Shown here: positions 16,237-28,511 of the stretch, one piece after another
Layout of the letters: every line of letters starts with the position of its first letter
Numbering within the stretch: position 1 is the first letter of the stretch
NCBI GenBank assembly: GCA_964016885.1
Contig: OZ024747.1
Location: forward strand, 3,968,001 to 4,032,000
DNA from: Eledone cirrhosa
Taxonomy: Eukaryota
Reading direction: 5' to 3'
Length of the DNA stretch: 64,000 bases
The notes under the pieces: model-generated
What the model was told of the DNA's origin: nothing
Seen by the model: only the letters and a program-made list of their open reading frames with translations
The model's database searches: none
Position numbers and translations under genes: made by a program

Positions 16237-16924
16237 TTATTTATATATATATGTGTATATATATATATGTATATATAATATGTATGTAAATATATATAAT
16301 ATGTATATAAATATATATAATATATATATATGTTTATATATATATATACACATAAATATATAAATATATATAATATATATATGTTTATATATATATATAT
16401 ATATACACATAAATATATATATACACATAAATATATATATACACATAAATATATATACATTGTGTGTGTATATAAGACACTGTATGCATGTGTAATGTTA
16501 CACATACAGCATAGAAAAAGACTGTTGTTGATCCAACAAGTTACACATAGTTTTATATATTATTGTAGGAGACAGCTGCTAACCTGAAGCTGTGTCACAT
16601 AAGTCAACAGTGATATACAAAGAAAATACTAATGGTTTTGCCATTTTATGGCACTGTATTCAACAGACTGAAACTCTTAAATACTTTGTCTATTTATTGT
16701 AGAAATACGTTGCTGAAGTAAATGAAATTGACCATTTCTCGACTGTCTGAAGCATATTTGTCCATATCCACCAAAAGCCCATCATTCTCACCCCTTTCCT
16801 CTCCTAAGGTCTTAAAGTCCTTTCCTCTATTTTCCTCTACAACCAGATCTGCCCCTCCTTACCTCCTACAGAAAGGTATACCATCACCTGATCATTCTGA
16901 GTCTACCAATCTACCAAAAGTGTT

Positions 16925-17245
16925 ATCTCCAAGTACCGATCACTCTCCGACAGGTTCGCAGTCGTACCCTTGGCAGTGGAGACTTCTGGTGTCCTTGGCC
17001 CTAGGACCATCTCCCTATTCACCACCATAGGCGCTGCTGAGCTGGCCAGCCACAGGTGTGAACGTCGCGAGATGGAATGGCTCTTCCAGCACATCTCCCT
17101 TACTATGCTCCGGGGAAACGCCTTCTCCATCCTGTCCTCCGGGGCTGTGGGGAGGCCAGTACGTGGGACCCCATTTGCTCACCATACGGATTAATAGGCA
17201 AAGTTATAAACTATTGTAAATAAATATTTGTGAACCTAAAAAGCT
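16925..17245 (+). mobile_element. CRE-clade-like LINE 3' fragment (restriction-like endonuclease C-terminus)
   Basis: SKYRSLSDRFAVVPLAVETSGVLGP..REMEWLFQHISLTMLRGNAFSIL, followed by AATAAA; a GC-rich island. Confidence 0.7.
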
Positions 17246-18234
17246 GTATTGATCTTGTGTGGAATATTCTGTGAACTGGTCACATGCTAGTGTTTGCCAG
17301 TCTAAATGTGGGTTCTAGGTTTAACCTTTTTGGTAACAAACCGTCTTCGTCTTCGTCTTCTTCTTAGAGGACCATGGCCGTCAAACACTCCTTCCAGTCC
17401 ACACTGTACTGTGGTCATGCCCAAGTCATGACAAAAAGCACCCAGCCGACACTGTAAAGTGGTTATGTAGGTGTCATGACAAAAAGCCTGCAGCCCACAC
17501 TGTAAATATTGTTAGCAATAGGAAGGGCATCCAGTCGTAGAAACCTAGCCAGAAACAGTTCTGTAAGTACAAGACACGGCCACCTGACCTGACTTACCTC
17601 TATTGGGACAACCTGTCTAACCCATGCTAGCATAGAAAATGGACGTTAAATGATGATGAAGATGATGATGATGTATGTATGAGTGTATGCATGTGAGTGT
17701 GTATGTACACATATCCCTGTATGTATATATGTAAGAGTGTATATATGTAAGTGTATGGCTAACTTCAATACAATATTCCAGTTTTGTTAAAGATGTGCCA
17801 AGAACTCAGTTTATCAGAATTGTCAAATTAAATAATATTTAAGGAATATTTCTCATAAGAATGGTAAATTGTCAAACAAGCTTTGGCAGATATAAAATGT
17901 CGCCATTCATCATCATCATCATCATCATCACCATTTTACGTCCGTTCTTCCATGCTAGCATGGGTTAGACGGGTTGTCCTGTTATGGACAGTTTCCGGTC
18001 GGCTGACCTTGTCTTGCTCATACGAGAACTGATTCTGGCTTGATTTCTACAGCTGGATGCCCTTCCTAACACCAACCTCATTTACAGTGAGCGCTGGGTG
18101 CTTTTTTGCCATGATACCTCCACGACCACTTTGCAGTGGGAGGGTATGGGGCCATATTGTCTATATGCTTCAGCTTCAGCTTGTACCTGTGGGGGTCGGG
18201 TATTCTGTATTCTATAATATATTTCTGTTTGTCA

Positions 18235-19578
18235 CTTTTGTTGTTGCTGTTGTTGTCGTCTTTATATTTTTGTTGTTTTTGTTATTTTGTTGTTAATTGT
18301 GGTTGTTGTTTTGTTGTTGTTTTGTTGTTATTTGTTGTTGTTTTTGTGTTTATGTTGTTGTTTTGTTGTTATTTGTTGTTGTTTTGTGTTTATGTTGTTG
18401 TTTTGTTGTTATTTGTTGTTGTTTTGCTGTTGTTTTGTTGTTATTTGTAGTTGTTTTTGTGTGTTTTGTGTCCAATAATCTAATAACCAAGCATGTAAAC
18501 AAAGTTTCTCTATTCAAACTACTATTTAGTAGGAAAATATTCACTAACATTTGAAGTCTTAACAATATTAAGACGTGGCTTTTAGAAGTAACAACAAAAA
18601 AGGATATATATGAGTGTGCACGTGTCTGTGTATATATATATATATAACATGTATTTATATATATATGTATATCTGTTTTTATTTATATACATATATATAT
18701 ATTTGTATATGTTTATGCATACATATACAAATATATATATAATATATGTATTTATACATATATATGTTTATACTTAAATATAAGTATATATACGTACATA
18801 CATATATGTATACAGACCTACAGTAGTATGTATATACATACATACATACACACACATATATATATGTATGTATGGGTTTACTGAACATTTATTATAATGC
18901 TCGGTTTGTTTGTAAATAAACAGCCCGAATTATTAGCTGTACAGTGTTCAGCAAGCATCGTTGCCATTTTGTTCAACACTGACAAAGAGTACTAAGAGTG
19001 AGAAATGAAATTTCATTTTTTCCATTTACCTGTTTATACATACATATATATATATCATAGATATATATATGTGTGTGTGTGTTTATAACAACAACAACAA
19101 TCACAGATGCTATTTACCTTTTAATAGCTTTATTCCATTTATACTTCAATAATAATCTATTTCTTTTATTGCATATCTCAGTTGAAAGGAAATACTATTG
19201 ATGTATGCCTAATTTCTCATAGATTACAAGCTTGACATGCAAATTATCAGCAATGTTACCATATACAACATGACAGTTCAACAACTTCTGAAATGCTAAT
19301 TTTATTTGAAAGAAGCTAAAATATAAACTTGTGTAATTTTGTTGATTAAATCTTTTCCATGTTTGCTTATTTGCTAACACCATTTTATCTGCTGCACCTT
19401 TAAATAAATACTTCTGCTTCTACCATTCCATGTGTTTGCTTTAGTTTATCTCTAGAAGAGCTGAACATATTGCAAATAAACAATATAGAAATATTAAACT
19501 CATAAACACACACAAAGGAAAACTGCAGAAAACAAAACAAAAGGAAACATACATCATTGCAGCTAGTGCTGCTGCTAT

Positions 19579-19634
<56 letters not shown>

Positions 19635-19638
19635 TCAT

Positions 19639-19691
<53 letters not shown>

Positions 19692-20036
19692 TTACTGATG
19701 CTGCTACTGCTACTGCTACTACTACTACTATTACTGCTGCTGCTGCTGCTACTACTACTACTACTACTGCTACTACTACTACTACTGCTACTACTGCTAC
19801 TACTACTACTAATAATAATAATAATACTGCTACTGGTGCTACTACTACTGCTACTACTACTACTACTACTAATACTACTAATAATACTACTACTACTACT
19901 AATACTAATACTGCTGCTACTACTACTACTACTAATACTAATACTAACACTACTACTACTAATAATAATAATAATAATACTACTGCTACTACTACTACTA
20001 CTACTACTAATACTAATACTACTACTACTACTGCTG

Positions 20037-20112
<76 letters not shown>

Positions 20113-20460
20113 TAATACTACTACTACTGCTGCTACTACTACTACTACTGCTGCAGTTACATCATCATCAGGATCAATTCTGCTCTCCTCAACGTCATTG
20201 TCATTACTATCTCTATTCTCCTTGTCAACACTATCATCATCATCATCACTATCATCATTATCATCATTATCATCATCATCATCATCACCAAAACCGTCAT
20301 CAGTTTTGTCAACATTCCTACAATTATTTTCTATTTTATCCTTACAACTATATTTTATTTTCTGTTAGCAAACATATTATTATTATTATTATTATTATTA
20401 ACATTACTACTACTACAACAAACAATGATGATGATGATGATGATAATAATAATGGTATTT

Positions 20461-20510
<50 letters not shown>
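18235..20510. repeat. Trinucleotide repeat zone: (GTT)n 18235-18470, (CTA)n 19570-20155, (CAT)n/(TTA)n to 20510
   Basis: Read directly; accounts for the poly-L/poly-V pseudo-ORFs. Confidence 0.95.
18770..19035. mobile_element. Rearranged copy of family J insert
   Basis: Colinear with 27612-27845 (gaacatttattataatgct.ggtttgtttgtaaa; aagagtgagaaatgaaatttc). Confidence 0.6.
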
Positions 20511-21115
20511 TGTGTCTATTTTGCTGGCTTGTGTTCCTATTTTGCAATTCATCTCAACAAAATTGGTTTTTGTGGAGATAACTTTGAATAATGTAAAACA
20601 GACTTTTCTATTGAAGAACTCTGGGTTTTCTGCCTTTGTATACAGTGATTATATTTTCAAGTTTACATGTAATGTTATTACATGAATTCTCTCTAGCAAT
20701 TGGTCTTCAGTTTGGCTTTATTGATAACAACAGCATACATGTTTGGCTGTTTGAAAATGTCCTATTACCAAATAATACTATCACAATGATAAAAAAATAT
20801 TTTAAAAATGTCAATAAAGTAAGATATACCGAAAAAAAAAAAAAATAAAAATAATAATAATAAAAAGCATGGCATGTATATATCCTAATTAGATCTTGTG
20901 CTGAAATCATTTTGGCAACGTGAATCATTTTGTTGGTATAAGAACCCTTTCATGCACCCATATAATCTGTTGTTCTTCAAATATCTGGGAAGCTACTAAA
21001 ATATGATTAGATTTATTGCTTTTTCCTTTGTTTTAATACAGCTTTTTTTCCACAGCATTATCTTTTGAACCCTATGTTGTTTCTATATGTAATTTTACAT
21101 GTTAGAAATAATTCT

Positions 21116-21141
21116 CTTTGTATCTTTTTTTCCTTTTTCAG
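21116..21141 (+). promoter_or_regulatory. Candidate splice acceptor ahead of the protocadherin coding exon
   Basis: Polypyrimidine tract tatcttttttcctttttcAG about 200 nt upstream of the ATG, implying an upstream 5'UTR exon that I could not locate. Confidence 0.55.
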
Positions 21142-21220
21142 ATTAGATGGTTACAACAAAGTAAGATGCCTCTTGAATGAAACAATTTGAAAACATCCTT
21201 TGAACTTTCAAATACATTTC

Positions 21221-21280
<60 letters not shown>

Positions 21281-21339
21281 AATATATATATGTGCATGTG
21301 TATATATTTATTTATATATGTATATATATAAAAGAGAAT

Positions 21340-23736
21340 ATGTTTGTCCAGTTGCTTTGTCTCTGGCTTCTCTTGGAAACCTCGATTTGTGCTGATCTCA
21401 CATATCAGATAGAGGAGGCTCAAAGTGTTGGAACATTTGTTGGTGACATTGCTTCTGACATACACTCACGGGGCATTTTTGTGTCTCGAGACCTCAGCTT
21501 AATTTCTTTCAGTCGCTTACAAAAAAGCAAAGGTTTACAATTGTTCAATGTTTCCAAGACAGGTAAACTGTACACTGGTCAGATACTGGATGCTGAATCT
21601 TTGTGTAAATACAACACTGAGTGTTTCAGAATGGTGGATGTAGCTATTCAGAAGGAAGAGTCTTTTGTGAAAATTATTGAGGTTAAAGTCATAATTAAAG
21701 ACATTAATGACAATGCGCCAGAGTTTCAAGAAAATCAAATTAACATCAAGTTTTCAGAAGACTACAGCAAAGGAGTTATGAGATCAATTCCTAATGCCAT
21801 TGATAAGGATATGGGATCAGAAAATTCCCAGATAACTTATGAATTAAAAAAGAATAGAGATGAACCTTTTAGTTTGTCATTTTCTCGTAAAGAGGATGGC
21901 ACCACCAAACTTGGGATTGTTTTAGAAAAGAAATTAGACAGGGAAATAAAAGATATTTATAATGTACAAGTTGTTGCTCGTGATGAAGGATACCCACCAA
22001 GGGAAGGGGTTTTGAATGTTGAAATATCTGTCACTGATGAGAATGATAATTCTCCTATTTTTACACAAAGTACTTATAATGTTTCCATCACAGAAAATCA
22101 CCAGAAAAGCCTAGCTGTAATTACTGCATCAGCAGAAGATTTAGATTCTGGAAAGAATGGCAAAGTTGTCTATCGTTTCCATTCAAAAACAGCCAAATTA
22201 GCAATGGATTATTTTGAACTGAATAAAGAAACTGGAGAAATCTTTTTGAAACGACAATTTCCTTTTGATAAACAACAAACCTACAAGCTTTTCATCACAG
22301 CTAGTGATAATGGAAACCCACCATTGAGTTCAACTGCAGTTGTTCTGATTAATAAGATAGGCCACCAGAATACTGCACCTGCAATAGAAGTAAATTTCGT
22401 ATCTGAATCGATGAAAAATACAGCCACCATTTCTGAAGGAGTGAAAGTCGGTAGTTTTATTGCCTATGTTAAGGTCACAGATAATGATATTGGTGAGAAT
22501 GGAGAAGTCACGTGTGATCTCCATCATGACAAACTCTTATTGAAGGGTTTAGGGAGAATGAAATATAAAGTTGTGGTTAAAAAGTCTGTTGATAGAGAAA
22601 AGGAAAGTTTCATTGATTTTACTATAAGCTGCCAGGACAAAGGAATACCACCGCAAAGGACAGAAAGGAAATTCTCTATTGAAGTAATGGATGTTAATGA
22701 TGTGCAGCCAAAGTTTACCAAAAGTCAATTTAAGTTTTTAACCTATGAAAATGAAGAACCTAATTTCCCAGTTGGATTTATTAATGTTACTGACCCAGAC
22801 ATGGGTTTAGGAGGTCAACTCACTTATATTTTATTGAGTGACAATGTAAACGTCCTTCCTTTTGTGATTTCTAATTTTGGATTTATTTCTACAACTCAAT
22901 CATTGGACAGAGAAGAAAAAGAATCTTATAATTTTAAAGTTTTTGTAAAAGATAATGGCAAACCTTCTTTGAATAACACAGAAAATATTGTTGTTGAAGT
23001 TATGGATGAGAATGATAATGCTCCCTATTTTACCTTCCCCAGTGTTAACCCTTTCAATCTAGATGTCCACTACCATCCTCAAAGCAAAAGCGAGATCACA
23101 GTTTTGAAAGCCTCTGATAGAGACAGACATGTGAATGCTTTTCTCAGATATGAAATAATTGGAGGCAATGAAAAACAGTTATTTGCTGTGAAACCTTACA
23201 CAGGCGTCCTATCTTACTCCCGTCCAGTTTACCAGAATGATGCAGGGTTATACAGTTTAAAGTTTATTGTCAAAGACAGTGGCAGTCCTATGCTGTCAGC
23301 AACTACAACTTTGTCACTTATGTTGACTGTCAGCAACAAGACATCTAAAATGTTAACCACTGTCACTAAACAATCAGATGACACTATACATATAAACCTC
23401 ATGATAGTTATCATTGTCGCTGCTATTATTTTATCTGTGGCCATTGTTATTTCTTTAGCAATATGCATTATACAAAAGTACACTCAGAGAAACATTCTGT
23501 ACAGTGATGTAGTTGGTAATATCAACTGTCCTGGGGAGAGGAAACAATCAGAATATACCTGTGAACCTAACCATCCACAGTATGATGTCCCAGCAAGCAT
23601 GGTTTTAGATCCGGGCTTAAACAAAGAGTCTAAAACAACACTTCTCAAAAGGGACTCACAATATGGATGTAAAACGGACTGGAAGGGCTCAACTTCTAGA
23701 ATGCCTCTCTCTGTGACACAAGGATTAACACAGCAG
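21340..23736 (+). CDS. Protocadherin, large coding exon (signal peptide, 6 cadherin EC repeats, TM helix, proximal cytoplasmic tail)
   Basis: ATG at 21340 starts MFVQLLCLWLLLETSICA (signal-peptide-like). Cadherin motifs DINDNAPEF, LDRE, DENDNSPIF, VDRE, DVNDVQP, DENDNAPYF and AxDxGxP are present. EC1 has Cys-X5-Cys (CKYNTEC). TM segment is LMIVIIVAAIILSVAIVISLAICII. The exon ends at CAG|GTGAGT after 799 codons (phase 0). The first 51 residues of the track ORF are translated 5' sequence, mostly (TA)n. Confidence 0.96.
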
Positions 23737-23784
23737 GTGAGTCTGTTTTTATCTCCTTCTATTATTATATGTGAATAGTAACAT

Positions 23785-25290
23785 TATAATACATAGTTTA
23801 TGTTAATACTATAAAACATAGTGTATGTTGACACTATAAAACATAGTGTATGTTGACACTATAAAACATAGTATAAGTTGACACTATAATAGTATATGTT
23901 AACACTATAAAACAGTATATGTTGACACTATATAACATAGTATATGGTGTCGCTATGATACATAGTATATGTCACAAAAATACATAGTATATGTTGACGC
24001 TATAATACATAGTATATGGTGTCACTATAAAACATAGTATATGTTGACACTATAATACATAGTATATGGTGTCACTATAAAACATAGTATATGTTGACAC
24101 TATAATACATAGTACATGTCACTATCTATCTAAGGCGGGTAAAATTCCCGAGATCCATGGACGAGTTCTCTCCAGCGGTCTCTGTCCCTCATTATCACTG
24201 CCATGTCCTGCGTCTCCAACAGACCAGTGTCTGTCCTTAGGGCATCAACATACGTTAACCTTGGTCTTCCTCTTCTAGTGTGTCCATGTAGGGGCTCCCA
24301 AAGGAGCACTGAGTGCAATGTCAACTCTGGATGTCGATGAGCATGTCCAGCTAACCTCAGTCTCCTCTGTGTCACTTTTGAGCTGACTTTTGGGATGCTC
24401 CCATACAGCTCTGAGTTTTTCATCCTCAGTGTATATATCACTATAATACATAGTATATGTTGACACAGTGTATATGTCACTATAATACATAGTATATGTT
24501 GACACAGTGTATATGTCACTGTAATACATAGTATATGTTGACACAGTGTATATGTCACTATAATACATAGTATATGTTGACACAGTGTATATGTCACTAT
24601 AATACATAGTATATGTTGACACAGTGTATATGTCACTGTAATACATAGTATATGTTGACACAGTGTATATGTCACTGTAATACATAGTATATGTTGACAC
24701 AGTGTATATGTCACTATAATACATAGTATATGTTGACACAGTGTATATGTCACTGTAATACATAGTATATGTTGACACAGTGTATATGTCACTATAATAC
24801 ATAGTATATGTTGACACAGTGTATATGTCACTATAATACATAGTATATGTTGACACAGTGTATATGTCACTGTAATACATAGTATATGTTGACACAGTGT
24901 ATATGTCACTGTAATACATAGTATATGTTGACACAGTGTATATGTCACTATAATACATAGTATATGTTGACACAGTGTATATGTCACTGTAATACATAGT
25001 ATATGTTGACACAGTGTATATGTCACTGTAATACATAGTATATGTTGACACAGTGTATATGTCACTGTAATACATAGTATATGTTGACACAGTGTATATG
25101 TCACTATAATACATAGTATATGTTGACACAGTGTATATGTCACTGTAATACATAGTATATGTTGACACAGTGTATATGTCACTGTAATACATAGTATATG
25201 TTGACACAGTGTATATGTCACTATAATACATAGTATATGTTGACACAGTGTATATGTCACTGTAATACATAGTATATGTTGACACTATAA
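23785..25290. repeat. Minisatellite: diverged ~28-bp units, then a homogeneous 39-bp array of about 22 units
   Basis: Unit cagtgtatatgtcact(a/g)taatacatagtatatgttgaca at 24427-25285; interrupted by the RTE fragment. Confidence 0.95.
24126..24428 (-). mobile_element. RTE-clade LINE 3' fragment inside a minisatellite
   Basis: [47 protein letters not shown] is a typical RTE ORF C-terminus; stop is followed by a short ATAG tail. Confidence 0.85.
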
Positions 25291-25652
25291 TATTTAATGG
25301 TCAGCATATTAATTCTTTTGTTATTACTGTGTAACAGTGTACATGTGATAGTAAATAAGAGATTCGATATGTACAGGGTGTCCCCCCAAAAAAAATCAGT
25401 ATACCTCTCGTAGAAATCCTAAAGATATGGGTGGTGAATTGGCAGAATTGTTAGAGCATCAGATAAAATGTTGTTTAGTTACAACCCTGTACATTCTGAG
25501 CTCAAGTCCCACAAGCATCAATGTTGGCTTTCAGCATTTTGGGATTGATAAAATTAAATACCAGTAAAATACTGAGATCAATATAATCAAGTTTTCCTCT
25601 CCACCCCAATAATTGCTGACCTTGTGCCAATGTTAGAAAGAAATATTATAAC

Positions 25653-25677
25653 TATCATCATCACTATCACCACCATC

Positions 25678-25709
<32 letters not shown>

Positions 25710-26128
25710 CATCATCACCATCATCATCATCACCATCATCATCATCGCGATCATCATCATCATCATCGCGATCATCATCATCGCCATCATCACCATCATC
25801 ATCATCACCATCATCATCACTATCATCATCATCACCACCACCAACACCATCCTTATCATCATCACCACCATCATCACCATCATCATCACCATCATCATCA
25901 CCATCATCATCATCATCATCCCTATCATCACCACCATCATCAACATCACCATCATCACCATCATCACCACCATCATCACCATCATCATCATCCCTATCAT
26001 CACCACCACCATCACCACCATCATCATCACCATCATCACCAACATCACCATCATCATCACCACCATCATTATCACCATCATCACCCTCACCACCCTCACT
26101 ATCATCACCATCACCATCATCCTCATCA
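25653..26128. repeat. (CAT/CAC)n repeat
   Basis: Read directly. Confidence 0.95.
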
Positions 26129-26854
26129 TAAAATAACAATATATTCTAGCAGCTATTAAATATTTAGTATTTGTGGTTCAGTCTACCTTGCTCCCCATTC
26201 TTCTGACCTGAGACTTTCCCAACATATTCCAATGTGATGTATATTGTTGTTGTCAAACCAATATGTCACCTTTTTATGATTACCAACCTCCCTTGTGAAT
26301 CTATCATTAGCAAGTCAAAAAAAAACAACACAAAATAAATAAAACAAAAAACAATAACTAAATAAAGAAGAAGAAAAAGAAGGCCAAAGAATAGAAAAAC
26401 AATAAGTAGCTGCAAAAATACTTTCTATGAAGTCATAATATTACCCAGAAATATTTCATTGATATTTTATATATTTTAATAATGTTTTTTATTTATTTAT
26501 TTCTTCTGTTTTCTTTTCTTTTTTTTGTTTGTTACTTTTTTCTTAGGTCCTTTCCAAATTACAACTATGTTTGTGATAAATATTTGGTTATTACATCCTC
26601 CATTCCAACCAGACACATACAAACCCACCCTAATTATCTCCCTTTCCCCCCTCTCCTGCCACTACTCTATTATATATTCATGATAAACATTGTCAAAGAA
26701 GTTCATTGATTAACACAAAACTCAAAACATTTCCATTGTTTTGTGTGTATCTGTGTATGTGCTTATGTGTGTATGAGTGTAGCTGTGTATGTGTGTATAT
26801 GTATTTATATAGAGAGAGACACTTATATACTCACAATACATAGACACTCTCAGA

Positions 26855-27221
26855 AATAATACCCTAAAAAAACCTCTCTCTCTCTCTATATATATATATA
26901 TATCTTTATATATATATATATGACAAGTAAGTATGTTTTGAAACAGTGAGCAGGTTTTAAATTAGAAAATAGAATAGCTTACACCGTATTTTGACTAAAG
27001 AAATTTTAGTCTGATAATGGGGTTTAGAACCCTCAGATAAATGGAAAAAGATGAGTATTGACGTCCATGGGGGTACATCAATACTCATCTTTTTCCATTT
27101 ATCTGAGGGTTCTAAACCCCATTATCAGACTAACTAAAATTTCTTTAGTCAAAATACGGTGAAAGCTATTCTATTTTCTAATTTCAAACCTGCTCACTGT
27201 TTCAAAACATACTTACTTGTC

Positions 27222-27253
<32 letters not shown>

Positions 27254-27272
27254 GTTTTTTTAGGGTATTATT
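26855..27272. mobile_element. Large palindrome including its flanking microsatellites (family I)
   Basis: 26920-27064 mirrors ~27074-27223 (one 4-nt indel); the flanks aataataccctaaaaaaac(ct)n(ta)n and (ta)n(ga)nggtttttttagggtattatt are also inverted; a single-arm homolog lies at ~56321-56435. Confidence 0.7.
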
Positions 27273-27273
27273 C

Positions 27274-27309
<36 letters not shown>

Positions 27310-27374
27310 GCAAATGTAAAAAATAACTCTGTATGTAAACACACACAAAAGCATATACACAAAAGCATATACAC

Positions 27375-27408
<34 letters not shown>

Positions 27409-27413
<5 letters not shown>

Positions 27414-27550
27414 AAAAATAGCCGTCGAAACGGCTTGAGCTCTGCTGTCGGGGTCAAACATGTTCCTATTACCCACTCTACTACTCTAAGTATTGAGTAC
27501 TCTGGTGCGTTATGGTCCATCTGCTTCCTTAGCACAACTCCTTCATTTTA
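27409..27550 (+). mobile_element. Family H insert, 5'-truncated at hammerhead stem II
   Basis: Starts at ..tagccgtcGAAACGGCttgagctctGCTGTC.. and matches 14879-15000; sits in (TA)n. Confidence 0.7.
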
Positions 27551-27560
27551 TATATATATA

Positions 27561-28095
27561 TATAAATGGAAAAAATGAAACAAAATTTCATTTCTTACTC
27601 TTAGTACGGCTGTTACTTAAATATAAGTATGTATACGTACATACATATATGTGTACAGGCGTACAGTAGTATGTATATATATACATACATGCACACATAT
27701 ATATATGTACATATGGATTTTCCGAACATTTATTATAATGCTTGGTTTGTTTGTAAACAAACATCTCGAATTAAGCCGTACAGTGTTTAGTAACCATCGT
27801 ACGAAGAGTGAGAAATGAAATTTCGTTTCATTTTTTCCATTTATACGGTGCTGACGATAGCTAATAAGCTTGAAACTAGTACATCTAGTCATTTGTCAGT
27901 GTTGAACAAAAGGGCAACGATGGTTGTTAAACACTGTACGGCGTAATTCGGGATGTTTGTTTACAAACAAACCGAGCATTATAATAAATGTTCGATAAAT
28001 CCATACGTACATATATATATGTGTGCATGTATGTATATATATATATATACATACTACTGTATGTCTGTACACATATATGTAAGTACGTATACATA

Positions 28096-28102
<7 letters not shown>
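27561..28102. mobile_element. Doubly inverted insert carrying a hammerhead (family J)
   Basis: 27561-27608 mirrors 27798-27845; 27621-27800 mirrors 27917-28102; hammerhead core at 27851-27890. Confidence 0.7.
27846..27896 (+). ncRNA. Type I hammerhead ribozyme motif
   Basis: CTGACGA-t-AGCT-aata-AGCT-t-GAA-ACTAG-tacat-CTAGT-C (27851-27890): core, stem II, stem III and GUC triplet present; stem I is weak or degenerate. Confidence 0.75.
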
Positions 28103-28143
<41 letters not shown>

Positions 28144-28384
28144 TACATATGTACATATATCTGGGAATAAATATAGATGCATGTATATGTGTGTATGTAT
28201 ATGTGTGTATGTATACGTATATGCCTGGAAATCAATAGATGTGTGCTTTGAATCTTTTCAGTTGTTTTGTTATTATTACACCACAAATTGTTGTTTACAC
28301 ATTTATAACATTTAAGATATACACACATCCACATGTATGTGTATATACACATGTATTATAATATATTATATTATATATCATTGT

Positions 28385-28511
28385 CGCTTTATGGTCTGAG
28401 TTCAAATCCCACCGAGGTTAACTTTTTCTTTCATCCTTACGGGGTCGATAAAATAAAGTACCAGTAATGTACTGGGTAATTGCTGACCTTGTGCCAAAAG
28501 TAGAAACAATT
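28385..28511 (+). mobile_element. SINE family A (5'-truncated)
   Basis: Match to the family core and tail. Confidence 0.75.

Noticed and set aside
19441-20591. Poly-Leu/poly-Val ORFs, and the Asp/Gly-rich ORF at 25633-26139
   Set aside because: Translations of trinucleotide microsatellites.
21187-21339. N-terminal 51 aa of the 863-aa ORF
   Set aside because: Starts at TTG and runs through (TA)n; the signal peptide begins at ATG 21340.
23737-23778. C-terminal VSLFLSPSIIICE* of the 863-aa ORF
   Set aside because: Follows a consensus donor CAG|GTGAGT, so it is most likely intron read-through.
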